DNA of 64,000 nt, taken from positions 31,310,001 to 31,374,000 of the forward strand of contig OX597815.1 of assembly GCA_951406725.2 (NCBI GenBank), given 5' to 3'. A program made the translations under genes and the position numbers. The notes beneath the pieces are model-generated. The model was not told the DNA's origin. It saw only the letters and a list, made by a program, of their open reading frames with translations, and searched no databases. The DNA comes from Octopus vulgaris (Eukaryota). Of the stretch, positions 39,721 through 53,848 are shown in pieces; within the stretch, counting starts at the first letter, position 1; each line of letters begins with the position of its first letter.

Positions 39721-40323
39721 TTGCTGTTGTTATTCATGTTGGTGTTGGAGTTAGTGATGCTGTTAACGATGTCGCTAATGATGATGCTCATTTCCTTTTG
39801 ATCAAAATACCATGATGTATTTTTACAGTAATTTGGCTGCTATTTCTGGTCCAGCAGGTCCAGCAACCACCAAAATGTTCCCTTGTGGGAGGAGGGTCTG
39901 GCTGGGAGAAAGAGTTAGACTGCAAAAGATATGAACGGAAAATTTAAGAGCAGAAAAAAAAAAGTAGAAACAAAGACAAGCAGAGAGAAAGAGACAAAGA
40001 ATATAGAAAGCGGTGACTTGCAGAAGACGGGTAGTGGAAACGGGTAAGGAACATGGCGAATACAAGGCAAAATATTACAATGTAATTATCAGTCAGAAGA
40101 GGCAAAATATATATTTCACGATGGACGAGGGTGTTTATGGGAACAGGCAAAATAGTAATAAGTTCGCTTCTCATACATGAGGTCTGAGAACGGTTCCACC
40201 ACATATTGATCAAGAGTCGTCTTCTTGATCATCAACCCGGACCTTTTTTTCTTTTCACCACAGTGTGCTTTTCATGCAAGATAAATTTTCCATGGCTCAG
40301 AGTGTAAATACATACATACATAA

Positions 40324-40393
<70 letters not shown>

Positions 40394-40395
<2 letters not shown>

Positions 40396-40584
40396 GACGG
40401 GCTACCAAATCCACTCACAAGGCTTTTGTCGGCCCGAGGCTATAGAAGAAGACACTTGCCCAAGGTGCCACGTGGTGGGACTGAACCCGGAACCATGTGG
40501 TTGGTAAGCAAGCTACTTACCACACAGCCACTCCTGCGCCTATATATATATATATATATATACATACATACATACATACATACA

Positions 40585-40617
<33 letters not shown>

Positions 40618-40870
40618 TCTTTTCTTTTCTTTCTTTTATTCCTTTTGTCTGTGTTTCAGTCATTTAGTCAAGCAAATCTACCCCAGAACTTATTCTTTGT
40701 AAGAATAGTACTTATTCTATCGGTCTCTCTTGCCGAACCGCTAAGTGACGGGGACGTAAACACACCAGCATACTAGGCTTTAGAAAATAAGTCCTGGGGT
40801 CGATTTCTTCGACTAAAACCCTTCAAGGCTGTGCCACAGTATGGCCGCAATCAAATGACTGAAACAAAAG
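40394..40870. mobile_element. Rearranged SINE family B pieces (minus 5' half, minus 3' part, plus-strand tail)
   Basis: Segment-wise match to family B in both orientations. Confidence 0.75.
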
Positions 40871-41983
40871 ATGAGAGATACATATATAATGCAGAAACAT
40901 CCTGCACTACGATAGTCAACAAAATAGAAATAGAATGTTACAAGATTTTCTTTCTGTGCAGCGTGAAACCAAATGATTTCCGGTCCGGTACAGGTTCGTG
41001 AACCAATGGCTGGGACCCCTTCTCTAAAGCATCAGCCGTTCCAATTGAATAAAACTGGGCCGACGCAAATTGTGTGGTACCTCGTTAGTGGGCAAGAAAC
41101 GGTACTCGTATGTTAAAAGGTGCGACATTGTCAAACACAATGATGCACTGATTCTACATTCTACTTGGGGATTACGTTAAAAATACATGTCTCAATGTAC
41201 AATTAGGTAATTCAGCTGGTCCCACAATAGAAATTCGTTTTAACGGAGATCCTTCTATTTTACGTCCAAACCCCAGTTATCTTGTGGTACTATTGAGCTT
41301 TTTAAAAAAGACTAAGACAGTAAAACTCGACAAAAAGTCGAGAGGGAGTGAGAGAGCCTCAGCAGATATGTATGATCATACTTAAGCCTTTGGTTGGCTC
41401 CAAGCTATAGTAGAAGACACGTGCCCAAGTATGACCATACATATGGTCTGACAGCCTCTGCGGCTATATGTTCTTTCTTGTCTTTTTTCATGGCGTATCT
41501 ATGAACAGAGAGGTGGTAAGTGTACTTGGAGCTAGACGTTTGCTTCTGAAAAAAACCCAGCCGTAGCTGGTGTGGTTAAGTACAGTCTGCGCAGTACTGT
41601 CGTCTACAACGAAACAAGCCAATCACATGCAAACATATTTGAATCTTATAACTCACACTGGCCATTGACATGCATATCAGCAACATTGACAAATGCAAGT
41701 TTATCAAATTCCATGCATCATAACTTCTTGATTTATTAAAATTATTTCCGCCTCTGCACGATTGAGAAAGCACTCTATGAGAAAGGGGGGGATAATCTTA
41801 AATATCAAGCACTTTCCAAAGCTGGCATGGCATTAAGGAACAGGAAGGCGATGAAAGAACAGTCAGGGACATGTTTCTGCCACAATAGGCATCAACAGCA
41901 CCATAATTGTCCTAACTTATCTTCAGCAGCCAAGGGATATTAGTATATCCAAATAAAAGTAGAATACACACACGCGCGCACAG

Positions 41984-42055
<72 letters not shown>

Positions 42056-43260
42056 TCAAAAGTGTTGGCTAAAACTTTTTTCACTTGGTACTTACGCCTG
42101 GGGGAAACACTGCGTTAAGTCAAGAATTAAAAAAACACCGATATATATATTGATTTTAGATTTAACGGATAGGACAAATAACAATACAATTCATTAATAA
42201 GTCGTAGACAGTCTGTCTGTATTGACGATGAGTGGTCTTATCATGAAGAAGCCTGGTATTGCAAAAGAGCAGTTTCTGCAATACTCTGTAGATAAGACAA
42301 TGTGCAGTGTACCCCGGGAGATAAGTTGCAAATATTGAGCAATTTTAATGCTTCCTTTGGGCAAGAGGCAGAAAAATGGTCCACCATCATTATTAAACAT
42401 AGAATGGAGAAGTGCACCTCGAGTGAGAAACATCTTTTTACATTTGTAAGTAGAACCTCATGATTTATCCAACACCGTCTGTCTACAAGCAGAAGCAAGT
42501 GAACTGGATGCACCCGTGCTCAAAGTAATAACATCTTTTAGAAATATACTGACTAGGCAGTAGGACACATTAATAAATAACAAGAGTTTAAAATTTAAAA
42601 CTATGCAAGTATAAGACATAAGCTCTTGAGAAAGAGAATGTGAGGAAGAACTGTTCGGTAAAAAAAAATGGAGGGGAGAAGAAAGTGAAGTATAAAGTAG
42701 GAGAAAGGAAAAACGAACGATAGCAAAGAAGAATAGAGAGGGGAAAAAGTGAAATACTACTGGAGTGTTTGGCAAACGGGAAGAAGAAGAACGACGAAGA
42801 TAACGAGGAGAATGATTGTGTTTGCATGTGTGTGAGCGATATCGTGTGAGCGAGAACGTTTATAAGACAAAGAAAGAGAGAGGCTGTGAGAAAGAGAAAG
42901 TGAAAGTGGAAGAATGGAAAGGGTAGTAGATGAAATGTATCGGAAAGCTATAGAATTTACAGTGTGTGTGTTGAAAGAGAACGGAGTGAGAGCGGTCAAT
43001 GCTGTTGCTGATGTTGTTGTTAAGCCGCAGGTCAGCTCTCATCAAGTAGACATATGATCAAAGGCTAGACACAACAGCTATACGCGCACCCGGTATTTTA
43101 GAAGAGTCTAAGAGTAAATTATTCTCTCTTGTTAATCAGTGAAATCGGGGTTTCACAGCGTTTATTAATAAATTTCTAATATGCAGGATGAAGAGCCAAA
43201 CTTGTATTTTCTGTCTTTAGTGATCGATCTTTTTTACCTTACTATATTTGCTAAAGTATG

Positions 43261-43433
43261 TAGGCGCAGGAGTGGCTGTGTGGTAAGTAGCTTGCTAACC
43301 AGCCACATGGTTCCGGGTTCAGTCTCACTGCGTGGCATCTTGGGCAAGTGTCTTCTGCTATAGCCCCGGGCCGACCAATGCCTTGTGAGTGGATTTGGTA
43401 GACGGAATCTGAAAGAAGCCTGTCGTATATATG

Positions 43434-43464
<31 letters not shown>

Positions 43465-43675
43465 GTTTGTGTGTCTGTGTTTGTCCCCCTAGCATTGCTT
43501 GACAACCGATGCAGGTGTGTTTATGTCCCCGTCACTTAGCGGCTCGGCAAAACAGACCGATAGAATAAGTACTGGGCTTACAAAGAATAAGTCCCGGGGT
43601 CGATTTGCTCGACTAAAAGGCGGTGCTCCAGCATGGCCGCAGTCGAATGACTGAAACAAGTAAAAGAGTAAAAGA
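43261..43675 (+). mobile_element. SINE family B, full length
   Basis: Match to 28035-28470. Confidence 0.92.
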
Positions 43676-44342
43676 GAGTCAGATACTGAGATCGATTTAA
43701 TTGACTGTAAATTTAAGCGGGGACTAAGGTTAATCACTAACTACTGAAATCATTCGTTGTGCAAAAGAATACGAATGCTACATGTGTGCATGTGTGTGTG
43801 TGTGTGCTTGTATCTTTTATATTTGATTTGTTTCCGTCATTGCACTGCGGCCATGCTGGGGCATTGTCGGGAAAGTTTTCGTCGAACTAATCGACTCCAG
43901 TAATTATTTCCTAGTCTGGCACTTATCCTATCGGCTTCCTTTGCTGAAGAGCTAAGTTAAATAGACATAAACAAACCTATACTGGTTGTCATGTATAGTG
44001 TTAGGGTACAAGCACAAACACAAACACACAAATACATAAATCCACACGCATATGTATATCAAAAGAGGTACATAGCAAAGTGTGACACGGAACCACAAAC
44101 CAGCTCGGTAGTGGGTTCCACATTCCATTTCAGTTTCCAGTGTAGTTAGATGCGGGGTACCAAACTCAGGAGAGGGTAGGTAGTGTTTGGAATACGAGCC
44201 AAATAATAGACATGATAACAATAAGTAGAAAGCAAGCACGGTATTCAATACTTTATAGGACATAATATATGCCTTTCAGCAAAAGGCCAAATACGTCTAT
44301 GTCCGATAGTGCTTTTAAAACCAAATCTGTTTTCTGCTTATA

Positions 44343-44386
<44 letters not shown>

Positions 44387-44969
44387 TGCATGTGTGTGTG
44401 TGTTGCGCGTGTGTTCGCGTGGGGGAAGTGTATGATCGAATATATGTGTATACATATATGATGGGCTTCATTCAGTTTCTGAATCCATTCAAAAGGCTCT
44501 AGTTGGTCTTACGCAGGGGCGGTGGAAAGATCCAGAGGGGCGTTGAAGAATGATGGGACGATAATGGGGTGACCAAAATGGAGCAATGGATGTAAAAAAA
44601 AAAAAAGATAAAGGGTTAATCAGGTTAAGATTTATTTGTGAAATACTGTTGTTTCGAATTTGCTGCAGAAAACGGCCTATGTTTGTGATGGTGATGGGGG
44701 ACACACTAGGAATATGGTCTTAGAACCAAGCTTGAAAAGGTTTGGGAACCACTGGTCTAACGCTATAATGGAAAACACCGTGGTTGAGGGGCCCCAATAT
44801 AAGACCAAAGTACGTAGATGAGTCATCTATTTACTTTGGTTATGATGCTGAACAAGAAGAATTAAACTATGTTAAATGAAAATTTCAAGAAATAAAATTG
44901 TAATAAATTGTACCTGCAAAGTTCTTGTAAAAATAATACTTTGTACCACGAACGTGCAGCAGTCTTTGT

Positions 44970-45074
44970 GGATTGTCTATGATATCTATTGAACACGAAC
45001 TTAGCTCTCAACTTGGTTACTCTGAACTGATCGATGATTTCCCTAAGCGAAAAGTGCGCCGTGTTTGCCTTTGA
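44970..45074 (+). pseudogene. hAT transposase C-terminal remnant
   Basis: GLSMISIEHELSSQLGYSELIDDFPKRKVRR resembles the hAT dimerisation-domain end; a hAT-like terminus TTTGGGAACCACTG lies at ~44741-44754. Confidence 0.6.
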
Positions 45075-45689
45075 AAGTTGCTCTTTTATTCATATCTGGA
45101 AGTTTTACTTACTGAAATTTGTAACAAACCTAAATAAATTTAACTTGTTGCATATTAAAAGATGTTCTTTAAGATAATGTGAAATATTGAACTTCAGATA
45201 GAATAAAGTAAAATATAGCTACGAATAAAAGGTGCGTAGATTGTGAACTTTGATTGAAGGGATAGTGTCTGGAAACAAAAATATACAGAGCCTCTAAAAA
45301 TCAGGCAACGGAGCTGCTCGAAACCATATACCAAATGAAAGGGGCACTCCTGCAAATACCTGCTAAGAGAATACGTAGAAAAGAACAAAGTTTCAGTCGA
45401 AACCATTTTTGTCTTTTCATACAAACTGAAAATCCAGAAATTCTTTTTCCGTACGGAGTATTCAATAACAGGAAAAAGAATTGATGCACTGGTATCGCAT
45501 TTTTTACTCAGTTACAAGTGTTTCAACAACATATGGGCTAAATATACTCGTGTCGTTTAACAAGTTCGAAAACATGATCATGAGCAATGGTCATGTAACG
45601 TTGATTCTATTAAATTGATTATATAATGTGAAAAACTGTAACTAGGATATACAGTTTTAATAATGTATAATTCTTCAGAGCAGACAACC

Positions 45690-45922
45690 TATTTCTTTAT
45701 TACCCACAAGGGGCTAAACACAGAGAGGACAATCAAGGACAGACAAACAGATTAAGTCGATTATATCGACCCCAGTGCGTAACTGGTACTTATTTAATCG
45801 ACCCCGAAAGGATGAAAGGCAAAGTCGACCTCGGCGGAATTTGAACTCAGATCGTAGCGGCAGACGAAATAGCGCTAAGCATTTCGCCCGGCGTGCTAAC
45901 GTTTCTGCCAGCTTGCTGCCTT
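45690..45922 (-). mobile_element. SINE family A (tail A1), full length, 16-bp TSD
   Basis: TTCAGAGCAGACAACC at 45674-45689 and 45923-45938. Confidence 0.93.
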
Positions 45923-46656
45923 TTCAGAGCAGACAACCGTCTGAATATATAGACTAATTAATAAATGAAACCTCTAAGATTACTATCTTGTTAATTGATA
46001 CGCTAAAACCATGACTATTGCCACTTTTGCTATTTGCATTTCTAACGGAATTTCCTACAGTAAAAACATTAACCTTTCTCACAGAATCAACTATATTTAA
46101 ATATACATACAAAGAGGAATTCATACAAATTTTTCTTGCATCAATTTATTCATTAGGTCATGATGAAATACGTAACTATGGGTTTTACATTATATAATCA
46201 ATATTATGTAACAAATGTTACATAATTATGGCTTTTGATCATGTCTCCCAAAGGATTTATTTGACCCATATATTGTTCAAACAGCTGTAACCAAAGAATA
46301 AATTTGATACCTATACTCCTGTTGCTTTGCTTGTTTGTATATAACACACACACACACGTTTGCATGTATGTATGTATGTATGTATTATGTATGTACGTAT
46401 GTATGTATATATGTATCTATGCATATATATCGCGTGCCTTCTCCGGTTTTAGAATAGCCACACCACATTTCTACAGAGCTGAAAGCGACCGAGACGATTT
46501 GTAAGATGGCTGATCTCCAACCATAAAGCAATAGCCGCAGAAATTCCGATCAACACATGCCAACATAGGAAAGCGGACGTAAAATGACGACAACGAGGAG
46601 GAAGATCCTCACGATTTAGAAACATATACGCGCATACACATTCTCAAACTTATTCT

Positions 46657-46698
<42 letters not shown>

Positions 46699-46704
46699 GT
46701 ATGT

Positions 46705-46935
46705 TACTCTTACTCTTTACTCTTTTACTTGTTTCAGTCATTTGACTGCGGCCATGCTGGAGCACCGCCTTTAGTCGAGCAAATCGACCCCGGGACTTAT
46801 TCTTTGTAAGCCCAGTACTTATTCTATCGGTCTCTTTTGCCGAACCGCTAAGTAACGGGGACGTAAATACACCAGCATCGGTTGTCAAGCAATGCTAGGG
46901 GGACAAACACAGACACACAAACACACACACATACA

Positions 46936-46990
<55 letters not shown>

Positions 46991-47148
46991 GACAGGCTTC
47001 TTTCAGTTTCCGTCTACCAAATCCACTCACAAGGCATTGGTCGGCCCGGGGCTATAGCAGAAGACACTTGCCCAAGATGCCACGCAGTGGGACTGGACCC
47101 GGAACCATGTGGTTGGTTAGCAAGCTACTTACCACACAGCCACTCCTG
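46705..47148 (-). mobile_element. SINE family B, near full length
   Basis: Reverse-complement match to 43261-43675. Confidence 0.92.
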
Positions 47149-47366
47149 TTATATATAAGTATTTATGTATAAGATAAATATGCTTTCATATGCATGAGCG
47201 TTATTCGTTTTGATTGGGTATTCAAGTTTTCAATAACTTATCCACTATATTGTATCTTACTTGCTTCTTGCTTATGACAGTCCATCAAAGGTGACGACGG
47301 CGTTTATCCAAGACATTCATCCTTCTCCCATCTCTGCATATTGTTTCTCATAGGTGCGGACATGGC

Positions 47367-47510
47367 GGACAAGACCGATACGAGACAGGCTGATCCTATA
47401 TTGCTGTGTGGATCTACAAGGAAAAGATATGTTCTGTCGTGGAAATCAGCTGCCCTCTAGACACCAATGTGGTTAGAAAAATACAAGAGAAAGAGGACAT
47501 TTATGGATAA
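47367..47510 (+). pseudogene. Restriction-like endonuclease fragment of another RLE non-LTR retrotransposon
   Basis: IAVW...VVEISCPLDTNVVRKIQEKEDIYG resembles the PD...E.SCP.D...K..KY motif. Confidence 0.55.
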
Positions 47511-47794
47511 AGAGTTTGAAATTCATTACCCAATGATACTCATGCAGTCCCCTGCGTTCGGTTTCAAAGCGCTCTACTCCAGCATTACAAACAGACCTCC
47601 ATGCCTTTATGCGGTGGCCCTCCAGTCGGTTGCAGGCCCTGGACGAGAATCGGAAGCCAAGGAGGGCTGTTAATCGGAATTTTGAATCACCCTGTCAATA
47701 AATGCTCGCTTGCTACTTTTAAACTAGTAGCCTTAATTTAGCATTTATGTATGCATATGCACACACATACGTACACACACAGACAAAAACATTC

Positions 47795-47827
<33 letters not shown>

Positions 47828-49049
47828 CATTTATGTGTGTTTATGTGTGCATGTGTGTTCTTTTATGTGTGCACGTTCAGGTGTGTGTACGAGTGTTAAA
47901 GTCCTAGGTAATAGCTATGTATACTTGTATAAACATTTTCACAGGTTGTTTACAAGCCATAACTTCATTACTGGTTACTGCAATGACCAGAAATGTCGTT
48001 GTCACTCTGGAAATCCCTTGGTCTACTCTTTCTAACAGCACAAGCCTTACCTACTAATTACAGAGATTGAAAAATGCGTTCAAGAAAGAAACATGCTAAG
48101 TTATAGACCTTAACGACAGATATCGTTGTGCATTACGTCAGTATTCTCTGGAAGGTAGATATGTTATCATACGTATTGTCGAAAATCTTGATCAAAAGTT
48201 TGGCTTACAAAAAGAAGAAAAAACAAAAGAAATAAGAGGTACTATCAAATCTGAACACTTGCATCGTCAAACTCTCGCATCAACAACCCATAAAGCAATA
48301 TTTTAATATTTAAATGCTCCGGAATTATAACAACTTCTCAGAAGGTTTTAAAAACGTAACTGAAGATTATTCTGAGGGTTTGAAAGGTATCTACAATCTA
48401 CACGCATTTCGCTCTATCATATCATATCAGCTGCCTGCAAAAGATGAGTATCCATCGCCAATTCGTTGATACAGAAACAAGAGATAGCACGTTTCATTGA
48501 AAAGTATGAAAATTCATGGGGTTTTAGGACATAATGCCGAGAAAACCCGTAGGACATCGAATATATATATATATATATATATAATGGTGGTGTACCGACA
48601 TTTCCTTTGATGTGATGAATGAAACAAACTAAAGAACACACGCATGCACTAGACATACATACATACATACATACATACATACATACATACATACATACAT
48701 ACATACATACATACAGACATATATGTGTGTGTATACATATATATGTATATATATGTATATATGTGTGTGTATGTGTGCATGTGTATATATATTTTTTTTT
48801 GTATCTATATATATATATACGTATATATATATATGATATATAGAGAGATATATAGATAGATAGATATGCATGTGTGTGTGTGTGTAGGTGTGAAGTCGAT
48901 GATTCACTCCCCAGATAGTCGGTCTTTAATGTATGTGCAATCGTTTCAGTGAATCATTGCCAAACGAGCTGAACGATCACACACGTTGAAGCTGCGAGAA
49001 TCTAGAGTGAATCAGCGACTTCACACAATTTATGCAAACCCCTATGCTT

Positions 49050-49117
<68 letters not shown>

Positions 49118-49165
49118 TGAGTATATGTGTGTGTATATATATATATATGTGTGTGAGTATGTATG

Positions 49166-49202
<37 letters not shown>

Positions 49203-49859
49203 AGTCTGGTGAAAGGTGTAGAGCTCTAGGCCCTAAATGTTCACAATTCTCCGGGCACGTGAAACAGATGTTTCTGTTGGACCATACCAAATCAATACGA
49301 GCAGGATAGACCTGAGAAGGGGCTGGACCCCCAAAGCAAGGCTGTCTTAGCAGCATTGTAGGCCCACTTCCAAATCAATATACAGTGCTCTATAGTATTT
49401 ACTTATTAGCAGCAAAGCAAAGCAGAGCAGAGCTGAGATCAGAATTTGGCCCCAACCTCTGCGGGTGCCCTGGGCAACTGATTTTTGTTGTAACGTTTCG
49501 TATCCGAGACGTCATATATGATCAAACAATTTTACATATTAAACGCATTAGCAGCTTCCAGGAATGCGTTTAATATATAAAACCGATCTTTCCGATAACG
49601 TTGCACCGCTATATTTAGTAGCTATTTAAGTAGTGTGCTTGTGGATGATTAATGGGTTAGATGGATGTTGAAAAAGGAACAAAATCTACCGAAATATGGC
49701 ATATACGCCCATTGTTTGTTTACATCTGATATCTCCATTACGAAACGTCTTAACATAAAATCAATGCTGGCCATAATTTATATAGAATATCTGTAGAGAT
49801 AACCTTAGCAAGTGATGTAATTGCACTGCTAACACAGTAGAACGCAGTATTGACATATA

Positions 49860-50965
49860 AAAGCATTTAATATGCTTTATATTGGCTTGTCCGGAAAGTT
49901 CGATTTAAAAGAAGCCTTGGAACAGTCTGAATTTCAAAGAGACCGTATTGTGAGTCATTCTGAAGGGGTACATAACATAAAATCGCAGGAAACCTTGCCC
50001 GCACAGATCATCCAGGGCCCTCTCACAGGAACCTTCTCATCGCTAAGAGAAGTGTGGAAGATAATCCTCGTTGCAAAGCCTCTGACATAGCAGCACAAGT
50101 TGATGTCAATCCAAGAACAACTGTCAGGTAGCTCCACGAACCTGGTTACAATGGCAGAGCAAGTAAGAAGGAAGCCACTTCTTCGACCAGCCAACATCAG
50201 GCGGAGAAAAGATTGGGCCAGTGAGATGGTGGAGAGGCCACTAGCATTTTGAGATACTGTCATATTCCCTGATGAGTCCAGATTTGCTGTATTTCCTGAC
50301 AGTGGTCGAGTGAGGGTCTGGAAACTCTGTGAAAGAATTTGATGTGAAAAGATTGCAGCCAACAATGAAACACTGCAGCTATTCTGTGATGATCTAGGGA
50401 GCAATTTGGAGCAATGATTGATCAGAGCTGGTGGAGTGTGGAGTAAGCATAAACTCAGATAAATATGTTTCCATATTGCAGAAGGACTCCTTCCAAACTT
50501 CTCCAGTGATGACATGAATAAAGAAGAATTTATTTATGGAAGATGGGGGTCCTTGTCACACAGCTAAAATGACCTAAGATTTGTTGAAGGAGAATAGCAT
50601 TAAAAAACTTCCATGGCCAAGCCAGTCACCAGATATGAACCCTGTTGAACATTTCTAGGACATAATGGACAGGATACTTCATAAAAAGAACAAGAAAGCA
50701 TCTTCAAAGCCAGATCTTTTGAGATTACTGCATGGAATTCCGCAAGAGAATATTGCAAGAAATTCCACAAGAGAATATTCGTCATCTGATCGGTAACATG
50801 CCTAATAGAATCCTTGCACTGAAAAATGCAAACGAAATGTCTATTAAATATTAAATATTCACATTATAACAATTAATAAATAATTTGAATGTATGATTTC
50901 AGATTTAAAGAAATTTAAAGATTTAAAGATTATAAAGGTGTCTATTTACTTCTGTGATGGCTGTG
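49860..50965 (+). mobile_element. Degenerate Tc1-like (DD34E) DNA transposon
   Basis: Across frameshifts: RRKPLL, VIFPDESRF, GRVRVW, MEDGGPCHTAK, LPWPSQSPDMNPVEH; probable right end ...GGCTGTG|TA. Confidence 0.85.
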
Positions 50966-51520
50966 TATACACGCGCGCGCACATAAACACACACACACAT
51001 ACACACATTCACGTGTTGATGAGGGGAAATTAGTCAGGAATTACAAATGGCATGATGTCTTTATTTATATAGAGATATGAGTTCTTCAAATTTTCCTGAG
51101 GATATGAAATGAAATACTGTTTAACTCTTTGCATTCTAATATCACACCATCAGCCTAGAGTTTGATAGTGCATTGCTGTGTCTCTCAGAACACTAGCTAT
51201 ATATAGATATAAAAATCGTAGATATAAGCAGTAATCCGTTTCCTTGGGAACGTTTGGAAATCTTTTATATCTGTATAAACAATACCTTCATTACTTCTGT
51301 CGAAATTTCTTTATGATTATTGTTATTTATACACATAAGCACACAGACATTCACAGGCACACACAAACACGGGCACACTCACATATACACATATACGCAA
51401 ACACCCTCCTTCTCTTTCTCTCTCACACACAAACACATACGTATGTGTGTGTGTCTTGTATAAACAATATACATATGCACGTATGTATATATATAGAGAT
51501 AGATATAGATGTAGATATAT

Positions 51521-51583
<63 letters not shown>

Positions 51584-51654
51584 CGGACAGATAGACATAC
51601 ATACATACATACATATACATATATACATATATATGAATATATGTATATATATGA

Positions 51655-51703
<49 letters not shown>

Positions 51704-51764
51704 ATTCATATATATACATATATTCATATATATGTATATATGTATATGTATGTATGTATGTCTG

Positions 51765-51843
<79 letters not shown>

Positions 51844-51869
51844 ATATATCTACATCTATATATATATAT

Positions 51870-52330
51870 TTTATTTTGTAATTTTATTTGTATCGTTTTT
51901 ACGTCATGTTTTGTCACTTTTTTCTTTCTTTGTTTTTACCCCTCTGCGAAGGAATTTTATTTAATTCTTTCGCAGGAAGGGCTAGTTCGACGAGTCGTGT
52001 TCTGTCCTCACCTTCGAAACACGCATGGAGTCATACTAGGGACAGCTGATGAAGGGGAATTTTCCTTGTGTTGTTTGTCTTGTACTATGTTTTTTCGTTG
52101 TTGAAAAAAAGGTCCGTTTCTATGTTAGTTTTTACGTTTTCGTTTCTCGTTCAGTTCTACGTCTATTTGTGGTGTCCTGTACTCACGTATATATATATTT
52201 ACATATGCATGTATATATACATGTAGATGTAGGTACGTACATATATGTATGTATGAATGCATATATTTTATTTATTACACTATTGTATGACTGAACGCCC
52301 TCGCGTCGTTTCCTTTCCTCCAAGTAAGTT
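51870..52330 (+). repeat. Unclassified interspersed repeat family E, longer copy
   Basis: Colinear with the reverse complement of 54565-54955; hairpin CTGCGAAGGAATT/AATTCTTTCGCAG. Confidence 0.75.
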
Positions 52331-52392
52331 TATATATATATATGTATATATACATATATGTATATATACGTATATGTATATATATATATATA

Positions 52393-52487
52393 GGCGGCAT
52401 GGCAGAAACGTTAGCATGCCGGCGAAATGCTTGTCTGTCCTTATTTGTCCCGTCTGTGTTTAGCCCCTTGTGGGTAGTAAAGAAATA
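52393..52487 (+). mobile_element. SINE family A1, internally deleted (head fused to tail)
   Basis: Head GGCAGAAACGTTAGCA...CGAAATGC joined directly to tail GTGTTTAGCCCCTTGTGGGTAGTAAAGAAAT. Confidence 0.8.
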
Positions 52488-53266
52488 TATATATATATAT
52501 ATATGTTTGTATATATATGTATGTGTGTGTGTATATACACACATATATATATATGCATATGTATATATATATGACAGGTTTTTGCACAGTTTCCTTATAA
52601 CCTACAGAGCATTGATTCGTCCAACGTGCTGCGGTGTAGGACTCAATCCCAAAGCCACGTGGTTGTGAAGTAAACTTGAAGCAAACCACAGAAACATTCC
52701 ATATACATGCATGTATGTGTATGCTTGTGCATGTCTATATATATATGTGTGTATGTGCATACACATTTGCACGCTCAGATAATGAAGGAGAAAGCGTGTG
52801 GAAGAGGAAGTGAGAGAAAATGCGAAATCTAGAGGAAGTGAGACTTTACAACAGAGATCACGTATATCCCATATACTGTATAAACAATATATGAGAACTA
52901 TGGGGATAAGTTTCCGTAATGTTACATGGGAGAGGGATATACAAATATATTGGAGAGTGAGGGAGAGAGAGAAAAAAAGAAAGGGAGAGAGAGAGAGACA
53001 GAGAGAGTGAGAGAGAGCCTACAAGATTTATAAATAGGATTAATAGTGATGTATATACAGAAAGATTGATTGACACTTTAGAAGGCTGATTAAAGAAAGA
53101 TAGACACGAAGAGTGATAGATGGAGAAACAAACAGCTTGATAGTTTTATGTGTGTATGTGTGTGTGTATGTGTGTGTGTGTGTGTATGTGTGTGTGTATA
53201 TATATGTATGTATATGTATATGGATGGATGTGTGTATTCCAATATATGTATATGCATATACGTATG

Positions 53267-53309
<43 letters not shown>

Positions 53310-53848
53310 CTGCTGTATGTATGCATGTATATACGTGAGTGTGTGTACTTAGGTATATGTGTGCGTATGTGTGTGTGTGAGCAAATATTAGTATAAATAC
53401 ATATATAAATTTGTATGTATATATATATGTGTATAGATACGTATATATCTGTGTACGCGTGTATGCATGTATGTATGTATGTATGTATGTATGTATGTAT
53501 GTATGCGTGCTTTTGATATTAGCACATACATAAACATACATTTGCACTACTCACACACACAGACGTGTGCACGTGCGCAACACACACACATATATGCAAC
53601 ACATGCACTCACACATACGAGCGCGCACACACACATACACATGCACACACGAATATGCATATCCTGTATACTCCTCTCTTTTACCCTTATTCTTCTGCTG
53701 TTCACAGACACCGGACTCCAACCCCTGCTGCAACAGAACAATCTGGCAATGATTAGGGGACTTGGGTTTTGCTTTGTTTTGTTTTTTGGAAATTACTGAG
53801 ATATACTTGCATAGCAAGTGACCTGATCTGAGGTCGTGTACTAGAACG

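Noticed and set aside
39823-40065. Short ORF or possible exon (GPAGP motif; TTTTACAG acceptor-like site on the plus strand)
   Set aside because: No convincing donor/acceptor pair or protein similarity.
42241-42298. SECIS-like element (ATGA...AAAA...GA)
   Set aside because: Spacing to the AAR motif and the 3' GA of the quartet do not fit the SECIS consensus.
47614-47668. GCCCTCC...CCAA-GGAGGGC as an HDV-like ribozyme
   Set aside because: P2 and J4/2-like parts are present, but I could not assign P1, P3 or P1.1.
49305-49350. Hammerhead-like AGAC-CTGAGAA-GGGG...CCCC-CAAA...GTCT
   Set aside because: Three core defects: G8 and G12 are substituted and the cleavage nucleotide is missing.
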